A DNA stretch of 64,000 nt from Octopus vulgaris (Eukaryota): positions 31,248,001-31,312,000 of the forward strand of contig OX597838.1 of assembly GCA_951406725.2 (NCBI GenBank), read 5' to 3'. Positions 50,962 to 64,000 of this stretch are shown piece by piece; within the stretch, counting starts at the first letter, position 1; each line of letters begins with the position of its first letter. The notes beneath the pieces are model-generated. The model was not told the origin of the DNA and made no database searches. It was given only the letters and a program-made list of their open reading frames with translations. The position numbers and the translations under genes are program-made.

Positions 50962-51116
50962 CTTGGTGCATGTGGCTGGTACTGCCAAGAAGGTTTATAC
51001 TCAGGAATATGACACGTTAATACAGCCTCGGTAGCACTGGGCAGCTCAACAGGAGCATATTTGGTAGAACCAACAAAACGAGCCAACTTGGGCGGTTTGA
51101 ACACACAGGACCAGTC
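50962..51116 (-). CDS. MED13: MED13 exon (DWSCVFKPPKLARFVGSTKYAPVELPS...YKPSWQYQPHAP)
   Basis: Conserved D.S.V.KP.....VG.S.yAP...LPS...Y..SW pattern; canonical sites. Confidence 0.93.
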
Positions 51117-51184
51117 CTGGAAGAAAAGAGAAGCAAAATGGAATGTTAGCACTATATACATAGTAATTGTTTCAAATTTTGGCA

Positions 51185-51620
51185 CAAGACCAGCAATTTT
51201 TTAAGGAGAAGCAGGGAAAAACTGATTACATCAATTGCAGTACTTGACAGGTACTTATTTCATCAATCTTAGGAGAATGAAAAGCGAAGTTGGCTGAGGC
51301 AGAATTTGAACAGAGAAAATAATGCGGTAGAAGATATACCACTTGGCATTTCGTCTGGTGCACTGATGACTCTGCCTCGTCACCACTTTATAAACAGCAA
51401 TAATAATCCTTTTGACTATAGGCACAAGGCCTGATATTTGGAGGCAGATGCTAATCGATTACATCAACCCCAGTGTGTCATTGGTACTTAATTTATTGAC
51501 CCTAAAAGGATGAGAAAGCAAAGCTGACTGTCACGAAATTTTAAACCCAGAACATAAAGACAGACAAAAGGCCACTAAACATTTTATCCAGCATGCTAAC
51601 GATTTTGCCAGCTTGCCATC
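51185..51620 (-). mobile_element. two older family-A-related SINEs
   Basis: Diverged core and B box in both copies. Confidence 0.65.
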
Positions 51621-51622
51621 TT

Positions 51623-51984
51623 ATTAATACCTCCACCTTAGTGAAGGTAGAGGTAGTGTTTTCAGTCATGTTTGTTTGTTTGTCTGTGGACAAGATATCT
51701 CAAGAACCACTGCATGGATTTGGATGAAACTTTCGGGGATGTTTGGCCTCATGACTGGCACAAACTGATTAGATTTTCGGATCGATCCGGTACTGAACAA
51801 GAATTCTGAATTATTTTTCCTTTTTTACTTAATTTTCGAGAGCAGTCGGGTTCATTTTTGGTATTCTCACTTGTGAGAGCAGTTGAGTTTATTTCAGATA
51901 TTCTCATTTTAAAAATCATCTCTGGCTAATTGAGAGGACATTGGTGTTGCTTCGACGGAGGTTTGCACTTTCTGAGTGCTCTTA
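51623..51984 (+). mobile_element. Helentron-associated (HINE/DINE-1-like) element
   Basis: 5' tacctccacc stem-loop, (gttt/gtct)n tract, 3' ggaggt subterminal IR followed by the hairpin gcact-ttctg-agtgc; T-rich flanks. Confidence 0.7.
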
Positions 51985-52267
51985 TTATTATCATGCAGTA
52001 GTCTTATTTTTATCTTGTGCCTGCAGGTGCATCTCTATGTGTCTTGGGTATGTGCTGTGGTTTGTTGTAATGCTCTTATTTTTACTGTATTCAGAGTGTT
52101 TTACGTAGGACGTGTGAAGTGCCGAGGAGTGCCATTTTCTGTGTGTTATATATACTTGTTAGTCCTGGTGTTTTTGTTATGTATTTGTCTGAATGTTTTT
52201 TTTCAATCATACCTAATGCGCCTACTTAATAGGAATTGTTTCTGCTTTTAGGCTCCACATTCAAGTT

Positions 52268-52620
52268 AGGCAGGTGAGATGGCAGAATCGTTAGCATGCC
52301 AGGCAAAATGCTTTGCGGTATTTCATCTGTCGCTACATTCTGAGTTCAAATTCCACCAAAGTTGACTTTGCCTTTCATCCTTTCAGGGTTGGTAAAAATA
52401 AGTGCCAGTGAAACACTGGGGTTGATGTAATTGACTCATCCCCACCTCCCCCCAAGCTGCCCTTGTGGCAAAAATTTGAAATAATAATTATTATTGGTTT
52501 CAAAATTTGGTACAAGGCAAGCAAATTAAGGGCAAGAGGAAGTTGATTGCATCAGCCCTGGTGATTAACTGGTACTGCTTTTGTCAACCCCAAAAAGATG
52601 GAAGGCAAAGTCAACCAATG
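52268..52620. mobile_element. tail-to-tail pair of older family-A SINEs
   Basis: Plus copy at 52268-52480, then a minus-strand 3' fragment at 52495-52620. Confidence 0.65.
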
Positions 52621-54802
52621 TAAATGACTACATGTGAGATGGAGGGGGACATACTGGATGAGTCCCTAAATGGTAAAAGCAACAACATTTATTTATAAAA
52701 TATTCTTCAAGGTGACCAGTGTCGTTAATGAAAGGAGGCAGGGAGAATAGGAAGCTTTACACTAGAGAGACAGATCTTAACAAAATGGTATCACAATAAA
52801 CGGGGGAGAAAATAATTAAAAAAATGTCTAGGTTTAATAAGAGAGGAAAAAATAAGCGAAGTAATTACATTAAGGAAATGCTTGCTAATGACTCCATTAT
52901 GGCTGCACTTAACTGTTTCTATATGTAAGATCAATGCATGTTAAGACCTGCTTCCTCCACAAAGTATGTGAAATTGTATCAATCAAGATTATTGGGGAAA
53001 AGATAAATATATCTTGGTTTTACAACTTATAAAATTGTTCTCAACCTAATGAAACACAAACAATGGAGAGGAGTTGTGTCCTTATAATCAATATTGGTAT
53101 AATATCAATTCAACCCTCAAGTCAAATGATAGCTTTTTTTCTTTTTTCAACATAACACAAAGTCATCAAACTATCATCAAATGTATGGCACCGAAAGGTA
53201 AGAAAAATACAGAATGTTTAACAGACTGGCAAGAATAAGACCTATTTGGGTAAGTCAAGAATAAAACAATTCTGTTTAAATAAGAGCAACAAGTATTTTC
53301 TTCAAATGAATTCCTAATTTGGTTCATTTTTAACCCATTTGTTATCATATTTCTACTGAAATACATTGCTTTTGTTCCAATTAATTTTCAAAATATCAAA
53401 GAATTTAGCAAAATAATGTCATAATTAAGCTGGTATTTGGAGTATTTCACAGGAAATTTTGATGGAAGAGTTTTAATTTTGACCGGTTTAAAACAAGTAA
53501 GTTTGTATCATAGAACTTAAGCTAGACTCAGTGGGTTGACTTCAAAATGGTTAAATTATCTCACCTCCCCGTCTTCATTTATACATACTTGGAATGGTCA
53601 AATACTTTTATTTATTTCTCCCCCCTTACGTTAATTGTTTTTACAGCTGAATGCCCTTCTCAATGCTAATCACTCAACTGTGAAGTGGAACCTATTTTTT
53701 GTTAGACAAACTGCAAAATATAAAGTTATGTGCCACACAAGGAATAGCACAGGTTAGAACTTAGTAATGTGTTCTTTCAAATAGAGTCCCAGTAAAATGT
53801 TTATCCTAAACAAAGCGATGGTTGCAAGTGGCTCTTTATATCCACAAGCATTGTTTAACTAAATAACCCAGCTCCTTTCATTAAACTGGTGATGGTGTTA
53901 AACGACATTAATCACCCAACCAATCAGGTTGGGGAGTCATGTGACAGAGTCAACATATCAAATCATTTGAAGCTCCGATCATGGCCGTCGCCAGCCTCGC
54001 CTGGCACGTAAAAGGCACCCAGCTGTAGAAACACTGCCAGATCAGACTGGAGCCTGGTGCAGCCTTCTGGCTTCCCAGATCCCCGGTCGAACCGTCCAAC
54101 CCATGCTAGCATGGAGAACGGATGTTAAACGACGACGACAACGAGGAGGAGGATAATGTTATATATTTCCTTGTTCTACTATTACATTCACACCAACAAC
54201 CGACACTGAACACTGGTGAATCCTAGTATATTGGTGTGGGCCTACATAGGCTAGGCTCTGGCTCATATGGTTCTCTCTCTTCAAACATCTATCATCAGTG
54301 ACGTTTTCAGTGGTTGATTCTTTCAAAACCTACTTCGTGTTCAAACTTTCAACAAGGATCTATATTTTAAGAATCTGCTCTACTTCCACGAGACACAAGC
54401 TCAATATCAGATACGGGATGCAGATGTGACCCACATCCACCAGCCAACAAGTTCTCTCATTAACAAACTGTGTCACGACCTACATCCATCCATCAGTTCT
54501 TTCTCTCTTGTTAATTCAACACAAACTGCATCAAATTGAACACAATCTCAGGTCTTCATCACAGTTTCCCCTTTCAAATTTCCTGTCTCCACAGCTTCCT
54601 TACTCACACTAACAAACAATCAAAAACTATTTATATCAGCCTCTTTCAATCATAGTTATTACTAACCCCAATATCTAAAACTGCTTTACACTTCACCTTT
54701 TGATGCAACAAAAGAAATGGCAATATTTAAAATACACACAAACCAATAAATTGGAGGTAATCCTGATCAGAAGAGGGAGAAGAATGGGTGTCTTTTGCGT
54801 AC

Positions 54803-54963
54803 CTTACTAGAATCGGTGACTGCTATACTGTTGTCCACTTCAGCTATGACACAACTGTCAGGAATCGTTGTCTCAGGTGCTATGTCTGTAATGGTGCCAG
54901 GAGAAGATACAGGGTTCTCCAGGGATGGAGGAGTGGGGTACATTCTTGATAACTCTGATGGGG
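54803..54963 (-). CDS. MED13: MED13 exon (APSELSRMYPTPPSLENPVSSPG...DSSK)
   Basis: Conserved L..MYPTPPSLE motif; ttgcag/gtacg; phase 1-0. Confidence 0.93.
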
Positions 54964-55753
54964 CTGCAAAGAGAGAAAAATATTGGATTTAGATTTCGGC
55001 ACAAAGCTAGCAAGTTCAGGGTAAAGGGTTGTTAAGTTGAATACATCGACTCAAGTGCTCAACTGACATTTTATCGACTCCCTCAAAGGGTGAAAGGCAA
55101 AGCTGACCTTGACAGAATTTGATCTCAGAACATAATGGCAGGCGAATGGCTTTGCAAGTTCACTGCCTTTAAAGAGAGAAAATATTAATGCAAATATATT
55201 TTACTACAATTTCAATTTCCCAAGATGCTAACAACTGACAAGGCAGGCAGAGCTCAGGAGATTGAATGAAAACCAAGAGAACCATTTAATTTGCACTAAA
55301 TTTTCAGTGGAACTAAATTTGTACTAAATTTTCTGTGTAGAATTTACTAGAAAAGCCATCATACTAACAACATAGAAAAAGATAAAATAAACAAACACAC
55401 TTTCCAATACAATCCTAATTTCTTACTTTGGCACACTGCCAAATCAATTTACAGGGGAAGAGATAGAATCAGTTCAATTGATTCCAGTATATGACTATTG
55501 GCATTTAGAGTGAAAGTCAACAGTGGCTGGATTTGTACTTGGAAGAATATAATGGAATCTACCATTTTATTTAAGGTGCTCTTCTGTCTATAATCATGGC
55601 AACTGTTTTTGTGATACTTTCATTTTAGTAACATAAATAGAAGAGAGAGAGAGAAACAGAGACTAACAGGTAGGTATAAACAGGTGTAGTAAAAGGACCA
55701 GCAAAATGTACAGCAAGTACAATGTTTCAGGTGGGCAAATAAAGTGACTTTAA

Positions 55754-55915
55754 CCCTTTAGCATTCGTGTTTTTTCCGTCAAAAGTAATTCTTATTTATT
55801 AACATTGTTTTCAATTAATCATGCATTATCTTGTAGCTATGTGATTTTGATGAGGTTTCAACATAAAACAGGCAGAATGTTTTGGCTGGATGGACCCAGT
55901 TTAAATGCTGAAGGA
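55754..55915. mobile_element. internally deleted piggyBac-type family-1 MITE
   Basis: TTAA|CCCTTTAGCATT...AATGCTGAAGGA|TTAA. Confidence 0.7.
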
Positions 55916-56063
55916 TTAAAGATTAAGAGGAAAGAACAGATAAAATTAGATCTATCACCCTACATACAATCTGGTGTCAATTGCAGAGGCTACATACATG
56001 CACACAGAGAATATACACAATGACATGACTGATCTAAAATATAAGATGTTAATAAAAACATAC

Positions 56064-56148
56064 CTATGGTACCGTTGGGGATTATATTCGACCCCTTACT
56101 GCCTTTAAGGCTGTCATCAGTAGATTTTAGGTTGCTGGCTGAAGGATC
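56064..56148 (-). CDS. MED13: MED13 exon (DPSASNLKSTDDSLKGSKGSNIIPNGTI)
   Basis: Open 85-nt segment, tttcag/gtatg; phase 0-1 is required to join the flanking exons. Confidence 0.85.
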
Positions 56149-57308
56149 CTGAAACTCAAAATAAAACAAGACTTATTTAGAGGTAAATGGAGAGGGAGGG
56201 GGAGACTGAAACAGACCATAAAATTATTAAATAAGGTGAAGGATCATTTCATCACTTCACTTTAATGGCCCTTTTTGCAAGGGTCAGATGGAATTTGGTG
56301 ACAAAGATTTTCTGCTGCTGGATGCTCTTCCTGTTGCCAATCCACAACGGTTTCTAAGCAAGGTAATATTTCCTCAGGCCAGATAGGCATGTTTTCATGA
56401 ATGGTGAAGGGTACAAACATGTTATTGTGGACAACACTGCCTTACAATAGGTATTAATGTATAAGGAAGGTGACAGCCAAATAGATACAGACATTCTAGT
56501 TCATAGCTGATACAGCCACAGAAAGTTCTAACTCCAGTTGAATAAATGCTAACAGTTAGTGCAGCATTAAAGCCACTGACTCCTCGAATGAGATAATTTA
56601 TCAATACTAACATACAATATATCATGCCATGTCAGATAACATGAAGGAGTTGAACTAACAAAGGTGCCTTTATGTGGACACACAGAAAGCAGAAATAGCA
56701 GCCAACTCTCAGATATAGCATCCACACTGGTGCACATAAAAAGCACCCAGTACACTCTGTAAAGTGGTTGGTGTAAGGAAGGGTATCAAGCTGTAGCAAC
56801 CATGCCAAAACAAACAATTGTAGGCCAGTGCAGCTCTCCAACTCCTGTCAAACTGTCCAACCCATGCAGCATAAAATGGACTTTAAATGATGATGATGAT
56901 GATAATAATGATGATCTTCCTTTGGGTGAGTGTGTGTGTCAATATATCCTTGCCATTACATCATATCACAGGCATAAACAAGTGTCATTGTTATACAGCC
57001 AGGGTTTGTCTCCAATCTTCCAGACAAACATGTCCAACCATAAAAAACAAAAATATTAAAATGGACACTGGTGAGTGTTGGCAGTAATTGGCTGGAAAAA
57101 TCTGCTTTAACAAATTCTGTCAACTGAAGAATTACTGGAACATAGAGCTTACCAAAATGTAACAATGTAAACCACAAAAAAAAACACTTGTTAACTGTGA
57201 AGGGGGTGGGGACTTGATTATTTCTAAAATAGGAAGTGGTTATGGGTTTTCTAGTTCAGGTAAAAACATATTTCAAAGAAAATCTTGATAAGTCTGGCTG
57301 TAACTCAC

Positions 57309-57448
57309 TACTTCATCTCCACTTTCTTCACTTTCAAAAATATGGTCCAGGTCCATGGGGGTCGGAAAGAGATCCTTCTCTGTGGTGAGGCTATTGGAAA
57401 CTGGCAAGGAACAAGAAGATGTAGGCGGAGAACCAACGGCTGTTATAC
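57309..57448 (-). CDS. MED13: MED13 exon (ITAVGSPP...SLTTEKDLFPTPMDLDHIFESEESGDEV)
   Basis: Conserved SL..E.DL.....DLD.IF.S(D/E)E motif; tttcag/gtgag. Confidence 0.9.
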
Positions 57449-58145
57449 CTGAAAGGTAAAAGGATAGGGTTATAGGGTTTTAGAGGAACATAACACGGCA
57501 ACAAAATTACTTCTTGACTCATGTAAAAATATTTCCATCCCAGTGTGTGCAGTTTACTGCCCTGCTAAGGGTAGAATCATCAAAAAATGTATTCCATCCA
57601 TTGAAAGATAAATATCATGTATTATACACAGTATTTAAATCTGCTAAATTATCGTATTTCCATACCAACTATTAATTAGTATAATATAAGCTACTGATAG
57701 TTTCCATGGAACTATTAGTAGCTTATAATTAAACAGAGAGAGTGATTGTGTGTGTGCGCGCGCACGCATACTACTCTAATCTATGCCAATATGTAAAAGT
57801 ATGCACATGACGATGACACAAGAGAGGATTTAATAACATGAATCTGAATAATTACTTAACAGTTTTTATAGAGTTATAGAGTACATGTTTATTGAACTTT
57901 TTAAAGAAGAGTGATAGTGGTTCCAAAGTTTCTGCTCCATAAATCTGTGCAATAAAAGCCAGCAGGCTGAAACTTTGAAGCCACTGTCGGACCTCTTCTT
58001 GTAAAAATTCAATTGATGCACCTGTGTGTATGTGTGTATGTGGGGGGGGTGGTGTAAAATTCTTGTGGAAGATTACATGTACTAAGTATTGAGTAATCAA
58101 TCCTTCAGTCTCATGTCAAACTGTTTGTATAACTTGACATCAAAT

Positions 58146-58183
<38 letters not shown>

Positions 58184-59101
58184 TTATATATGCACCTGAA
58201 TATACTTGTATATACATATGTATATGAGTATGTATATATATATACAAACACACACACATTCATGTGTGAACTGCATGTATTGGTCATATCAATATGACCT
58301 CCATATACATGAAATAACTTCAATACACTGTAAATTATGTAGTGTGCATGCGTGTGTGTGCATTCATATACATATGTGCATGTGTGTGTGTACACAGAAT
58401 GGATGGGTGAATGGATAGCTGTGTGTGTGTGTGTGTAATATAATATAGGAGGGAGGATATCTATGATTCGGTCAATGACCAGCAAATTAGTTTCAATAGA
58501 CAGTATCTATAACGAACAATCAGGTTTACATTAATCAACAGTTCCTATTAAGACCAATCAATAGTACTTTATGCAACAATAATAACTGGATGATTATTAT
58601 TATTATTAGTAGTAGTAGTAGTATTACTACTACTACTACTACTACTACTAAGAAAGAATGTCTCAGAATAGCAGAGGAACAGACACAGAGAAGATTGGTA
58701 AAGATATTCATTGTATCAAGTGATACAATCTGTATTTCATAACACACACACAGACACCCTCTCTAAGGGAGTTAATTCATTCGTTTTCTTGCTTGATCTT
58801 GTAACATCAAATGTGATGGTGACGACGGGGGGTGGGGTACATTAATTCTAACAGTAAAATCACAACTGTCTTTACGATGTCAAACAAAAACCAATAATAT
58901 ATCCTAAATCTATTATTACTTCCCTTTACAGACAAGCATCAACAGCAAATGCACTTCGCACAGACTGGGAGCGTAAGAAATACGACTACTGTTTGTTTAT
59001 AGGGCAGTGTTAAATCAGTCTGACAGGCTGACAAGAGAGAAGAATAAACATCAACAGAAACAGTCGGTGGTGTTGTTAGAAATAGAAATAAATCAACTTA
59101 C

Positions 59102-59138
59102 TGTTGCCGTTGTGCCGTGATGAATCCTTTTCTTCTTC
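59102..59138 (-). CDS. MED13: MED13 37-nt micro-exon (EEEKDSSRHNGN)
   Basis: ttttag/gtaag; phase 0-1 bridges the otherwise frame-incompatible flanking exons. Confidence 0.8.
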
Positions 59139-59280
59139 CTAAAATAGAAAATATGAGGCCATCACGATTCATTATAAAGATTTCTGGTTAGCATCGACCG
59201 TCGACATGGCAATGATTATTAAGCACAAGAAAACATGTCATTTCAGCACTGGAGCAATGAAAAGTATTTGCCCATATATA

Positions 59281-59302
59281 ATACTAATATTAGTACAATA
59301 AC

Positions 59303-59352
<50 letters not shown>

Positions 59353-59413
59353 TAATAATAATAATAAAAAAAATAAAAATAATAATAACAATAAAAATAA
59401 TAATAACAATAAA

Positions 59414-59448
<35 letters not shown>

Positions 59449-59470
59449 TAATAATAACAATAATAATAAT
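59281..59470. repeat. compound (AAT)n microsatellite
   Basis: ~190 bp of aat/aac/aaa triplets at the tail of an old SINE. Confidence 0.95.
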
Positions 59471-60314
59471 TTCAAATTTTGGCACATGGCCAGCAATTTT
59501 AGGGGGGGGGGGGTAAGTTGATTACATTGATCCCCAATGATCAACTGGTATTTATTTTATCAACTCGCACAAAAGAATCAAAGGCAAAGTCAAAGACAGC
59601 CGAATTAGAACTCAGAACATAAAGATGGGGGAAATGCCACTAAGCATTTTGCCCAATGGGCTTAACAATTCTGCCAGCTCACCACTTTTGACAGAAATAA
59701 TTTTTATTCTAATTATTTCTGATTTTGGCACACAGTCAATGATTTTAAGGGGAAGTGGGTTATTTGGTACCATCATCTCCAGTACTTGACTGCTACCCTA
59801 TTCTATAGACCCAAGAGTGCTGAAAGGCAAAATTGACCTTAGCAGAATTTGGACTTCAGGTGTACTAAGCCAGAAGAAATACTGGAAAGTATTTTGTCCA
59901 ACATTTACAATGATGATGATGATGATGATCTTTTCTACTACAGGCACAAGTGCTTGACTGGTACATAATTTATTGATCCTGAAAGGATGAAAGGCAAAGT
60001 CGACTTTGGCGGAATTTGAACTCAGAATGTAGCAACAGACAAAATACCGCTATGCATTTCACCTGGCATGCTAACGATTCTGCCAGATCACCACTTCAAT
60101 AATAATAATAATAATCCTTTCTACTGTAGGCACAAGACCTGAAATTTGGAGGAGTGGATTAAGTCGATTACACCGACCCCAGTGCATAACTGATACTTAT
60201 TTAATCAACCCCGAAAGGATGATAGGTAAAGTCGACCTCAGCAGAATTTGAACTCAAAATGTAGCGACAGACGTTGAGCATTTCACCTGGCATGCTAACG
60301 ATTCTGCCAGCTCA
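59470..60314 (-). mobile_element. cluster of four same-orientation family-A-related SINEs
   Basis: The core aaggcaaagtcgac...gaatttgaactc recurs near 59580, 59825, 59990 and 60225. Confidence 0.75.
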
Positions 60315-61511
60315 TATTAATAATAATAATTTACAAAGTTGAGAATTTATGAGGAGAGAAAATGGTTGCAAGGCACTCTATCTGACAACCTATCACCCTT
60401 CCTCTGCTGCTGCAGCAAATTCTTTTACAACATCATCATCATCATGGTGATGGTGATGATGATGATGATGATGATAATATATGCTGCCAGAGTTGACTTT
60501 GCTTTTCAGCCTTTCGGGGTTGATGAAATAAGTACCACTGAAACTGCTGGCCTTGGGGAAAATTTGATGCCAATATAATAATGGCCCTTTTGAGTTAGAA
60601 TGAAACATTACAACTGAATACATCATCATCATCATCGTTTAACGTCCACTTTCCATGCTAGCATGGGTTAGACGGTCCAACTGGGGTCTGGGAAGCCCGA
60701 AGGCTACACCAGGCCAGTCAGATCTGGCAGTGTTTCTACAGTTGGATGCCCTTCCTAACGCCAACCACTCCGTGAATGTAGTGGGTGCTTTTTACGTGCC
60801 ACTGACACAGGTGCCAGATGAGGCTGGTGAACGGCCACGCACGGATGGTGCTTTTTACGTGCCACTGGCACGGAGGCCAGGCGAGGCTGGTGGTTCACAC
60901 AAGATTTTCTTGTTGAAATATTTATGAGCAATAAATAGCTTATACTTCTACAATACAAAAAAATATTCTCCTTTTTTTTTTTTTTTTTTTTTTATTTATA
61001 CAATTCTTAATATTTAATCCTAAAAATATCAATAGGATTTTTTTAAAACACTGAATGGTTCTGAGGGTCCACACAAGTAAAACAGAAATCAGATGGGGGG
61101 GGTTGTCTCTAAGTTAAAAATGGTTTGAGAACCACTTTTATAAACCATCCATAATGGTTAATACAGCAACTTCCAGGAATTTTGAAGTCTATTTTGAGCC
61201 TATCAGGCTCTGCAGTAGATGCTTATCCAAACTTATGAGTTGCTTAAGTGACTAGAAGTACAAGACACCCTAACGAAGAGGATGAGTCTGCAGCAGGGTT
61301 AGTCCTCACCTGTCACTGCTGGTTTTGGTGCACATTTCTTTCAGCTGAGAGAACTGAAGCATCATGAAATGAAGTGTCTTGCTCAAGGAGGTAACATGCT
61401 ACCAGGTCCAAGAATTGAACCTATGACCTTACAATTGTTAGTCCAATACCTTAACTGCCTTCTAAAACCTGATAGAAAGGAGAAGAATGACATTATTCAA
61501 TTGGTGCTTAC

Positions 61512-61779
61512 CTTTAAAGGGGAAGAACGAAACAGATCATCTCGACTTGTTCTAAAATTCCTTGCAGGCAGTGTTCCAAAAAGTGAAGATGATTCGTCAG
61601 TGAACTCATAAGGATCATGAGCTGGTGGTTGAGGGGTGGGAGGCTTCAATGGTTGCTTACTGGAGGATGAGTTTTGAGAATGTTGTGAAAAATGAGAGTT
61701 ATGCTGTGGCTGTTGTTGTTGAAAATATTGGCTATCCTGTCGACAATCAAACTTTGTTCGCTTTAATTGGCTGTCGAAC
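61512..61779 (-). CDS. MED13: MED13 exon (FDSQLKRTK...PPTPQPPAHDPYEFTDE...SSPLK), 5'-most exon found
   Basis: Conserved DPY.F acidic motif; ttgtag/gtaag; open frame. Confidence 0.87.
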
Positions 61780-62759
61780 CTACAAAATAACAACATTGAA
61801 ACAATCAGTTCTTCTTCAGTCAAATACACAATTCATTAAGTGAGCTTTTCTCTGAAAATCAAATTATTGGGCCATTATTATTTCTAAGAACATCTACAAA
61901 GCCTACAGCAACAAGATAATTTCTCATTACTATAAAGCAATTTAGTTTTATTCACAAGAAAAGTTAAAACTATTAATGAAAATCAGTGAAATTAATGTAA
62001 TCAGGGAGAAATTCTATGACCAAGCAAAAATATTCAACAAAACTGAAGCCTTTTGAATCAGCAGTAACATTTCCACTGAGAGACATAAAAGGAAGAAATG
62101 AAATAAAATAAAATAAAATAAAATACCTCCCCCATCACAATTAAGTAAAAGAGAAAAATTAAACATGAAGAGCAAAGAACCACTTTCCTTCCCAGTTGCA
62201 TATATTTAGGTGTGCAATATTAATTAAGAATTTGAAATCAATAAAACTTCAAATATTTCATTTAGAAAACCCCCTGGAGCAATACAACAGCAGAAGACTA
62301 GAGTTACAAATATCTCCGAGTGAAACCCATTATCTCTACTACAGTCTAGTGTTATATCTAAGTATTTACCAAACACAGCACATATTTTATTTGCTTTCAA
62401 TACAACATTATTATTAATTACTATCATTATCATCATTATTGGCAATGGTTTATCACTGAACAAGGTGTCTTTGACTTGGCTGTGTCATATTATAACTGAC
62501 AAATTAATACTGGAAATTCACTCCAGGACTTCTTTTAACTTCAGTTAGGCCTTTACAAGGCAAAGATAGATTTTCTTTTGTGCTGCTGCACTATAAAGCA
62601 GATATTGCCAGTGAAGTGTCGCAACTCTCATAATAAGCAATAACTGCGTGTCAGCATTTGTGTAGAAGAGGAGGGGCAGGAGGAGTATGTGGAAATGTAG
62701 TGATCATAATCCAAGGCTAATGTGGAACGAGAAGGTGTGACATTAATGCGCTTTCATTG

Positions 62760-63060
62760 GGTTATTGCAGTTTAGGAGTTGATGGATAGACATGGAAACA
62801 AAGGAGAATCCTCAAGATGGATGGATATCTTAAAAAAAACTGTGGGAGGAGTGGGGGAGGGGGCAGTTTGATCGGAGAAGGAAAGAACAAATAAGAGCAA
62901 ATAGGTTCTAGTGGATTGATATAGTTCACAAGTTCAGAGGGGGACAGAAAACAATGTGGTAGTAGATGAAGAAGGCAAGGAGGAGACACAACCCGACTGG
63001 GTCTGGTCTAACAGTGATGTGGAGGAGTGTTGGTTTATTAAATTCATACCCATTCAGATT
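62760..63060 (-). mobile_element. highly decayed LINE 3' fragment
   Basis: Frameshifted remnants (LAFFIYYHIVFC and SELVNYINP) resemble the LFYRYY.G.CSSEL motif of non-LTR ORF2 C-termini. Confidence 0.3.
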
Positions 63061-63582
63061 GACATTTTTTACTCGCATGTGCGAGCAAGAGTGCGGTGTG
63101 TGTTCGTATGCCACACAGGCACAATCTCAGGTATATAAATAATAATCTAAGAGGTGTTTATGGTTTTTTACACCAGCAGCTGTTGAGGGTAATTTGGAAA
63201 ATGAAACCCAAGCTGCAAAATTACAAATTTTAGCAGTGTGAAGAACATATGTTACCGCTGAATAGAGACTGGTAAAAGTAGCATAGAAAAGGAAAACTGT
63301 TGGCCATGTGTTGTAGTTTGTGAGCAGAGGGTGTGCACTGTTGTGAGATCATTTGCTGTGAATGCATAGTGTCTGTGTTGTTGTGATGCATGCTGAGCAA
63401 TGAGACTGAAGTTGAAGTCCCTAATGAATGATTTCCAGGTATATGCAGACATCGAGCATTTGTGGTCCTAGCATGGCAAGAGGTGAAGGTAAAACCTCTG
63501 CCTGAAAAATGAAGCAAAGTGCATTATGTGTGTGTGTTCGTGTGTCTGCACGGACGTGCTATTTGGTGCGCCAACTAAAATT

Positions 63583-63942
63583 ATTCTTTTACTTTTGTTC
63601 TTTTATTTGACTGCAGTCATGCTGGAGCTCTGCCTTTAGTCAAACAAATCAACCCCAGGACTTATTCTTTGTAAGCCTGGTACTTATTCTATTGGTCTCT
63701 CTGGCTGAACCACTAAGTTTGGGGGGTAAACACACCAACATTAGTTGTCAAGCGATGGTGGGCAGACAAGCACTCACACACACACACACAAGCTTTCTTC
63801 AGTTTCCGTCCAGCAAATCCGCTCAAAAGGTCTTGGTCAGCCTGAGGCTATAGTAGAAGACACTTGCCCAAGGTGCAAGGCAGTAGGACTGAACCCGGAA
63901 CCATGTGGTTGGTAAGCAGGCTGCTTACCAGACAGCCACTCC
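63583..63942 (-). mobile_element. family-B SINE
   Basis: Colinear with 41634-42027. Confidence 0.85.
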
Positions 63943-64000
63943 TATAAATATTAATTATTAAATACAAAAAGCAAATGATTTCCAATTCATTATGAGGATG

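Noticed and set aside
59235-59544. poly-Ile and poly-Leu ORFs
   Set aside because: Translations of an (AAT)n microsatellite.
63256-63501. next upstream MED13 exon (tttcag ... G|gtaac)
   Set aside because: The only frame open end to end finishes in phase 1, but exon 61512-61779 needs phase 2. The phase-2 frame contains a TAG, and no MED13 motif is visible.

Overview
AT-rich, microsatellite- and SINE-dense animal genomic DNA; the repeat landscape and protein style suggest an octopus (inference). Most of the window (12125-61779) is the 3' part of one minus-strand gene, Mediator subunit MED13. I resolved 22 phase-consistent GT-AG coding exons plus one optional 87-nt exon, together about 1,475 codons ending at TGA 12125-12127. 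The 5' exons appear to lie beyond the right edge. The introns hold several SINE families, CR1/L2-like and RTE LINE fragments, piggyBac-, hAT- and Tc1/mariner-type MITEs, a Helitron-like and a Helentron-like element, and a 23-bp minisatellite. The most notable observation is a set of Penelope-type minimal hammerhead-ribozyme motifs in the introns. One family has a compensatory G3-C8 core (GUGANCA instead of CUGANGA), with a structurally complete copy at 14582-14631 and two decayed homologues at 15914-16074. The segment 620-12124 is nearly transposon-free and probably holds the MED13 3' UTR and possibly the 5' end of a neighbouring gene. All calls were made by eye and no searches were run.
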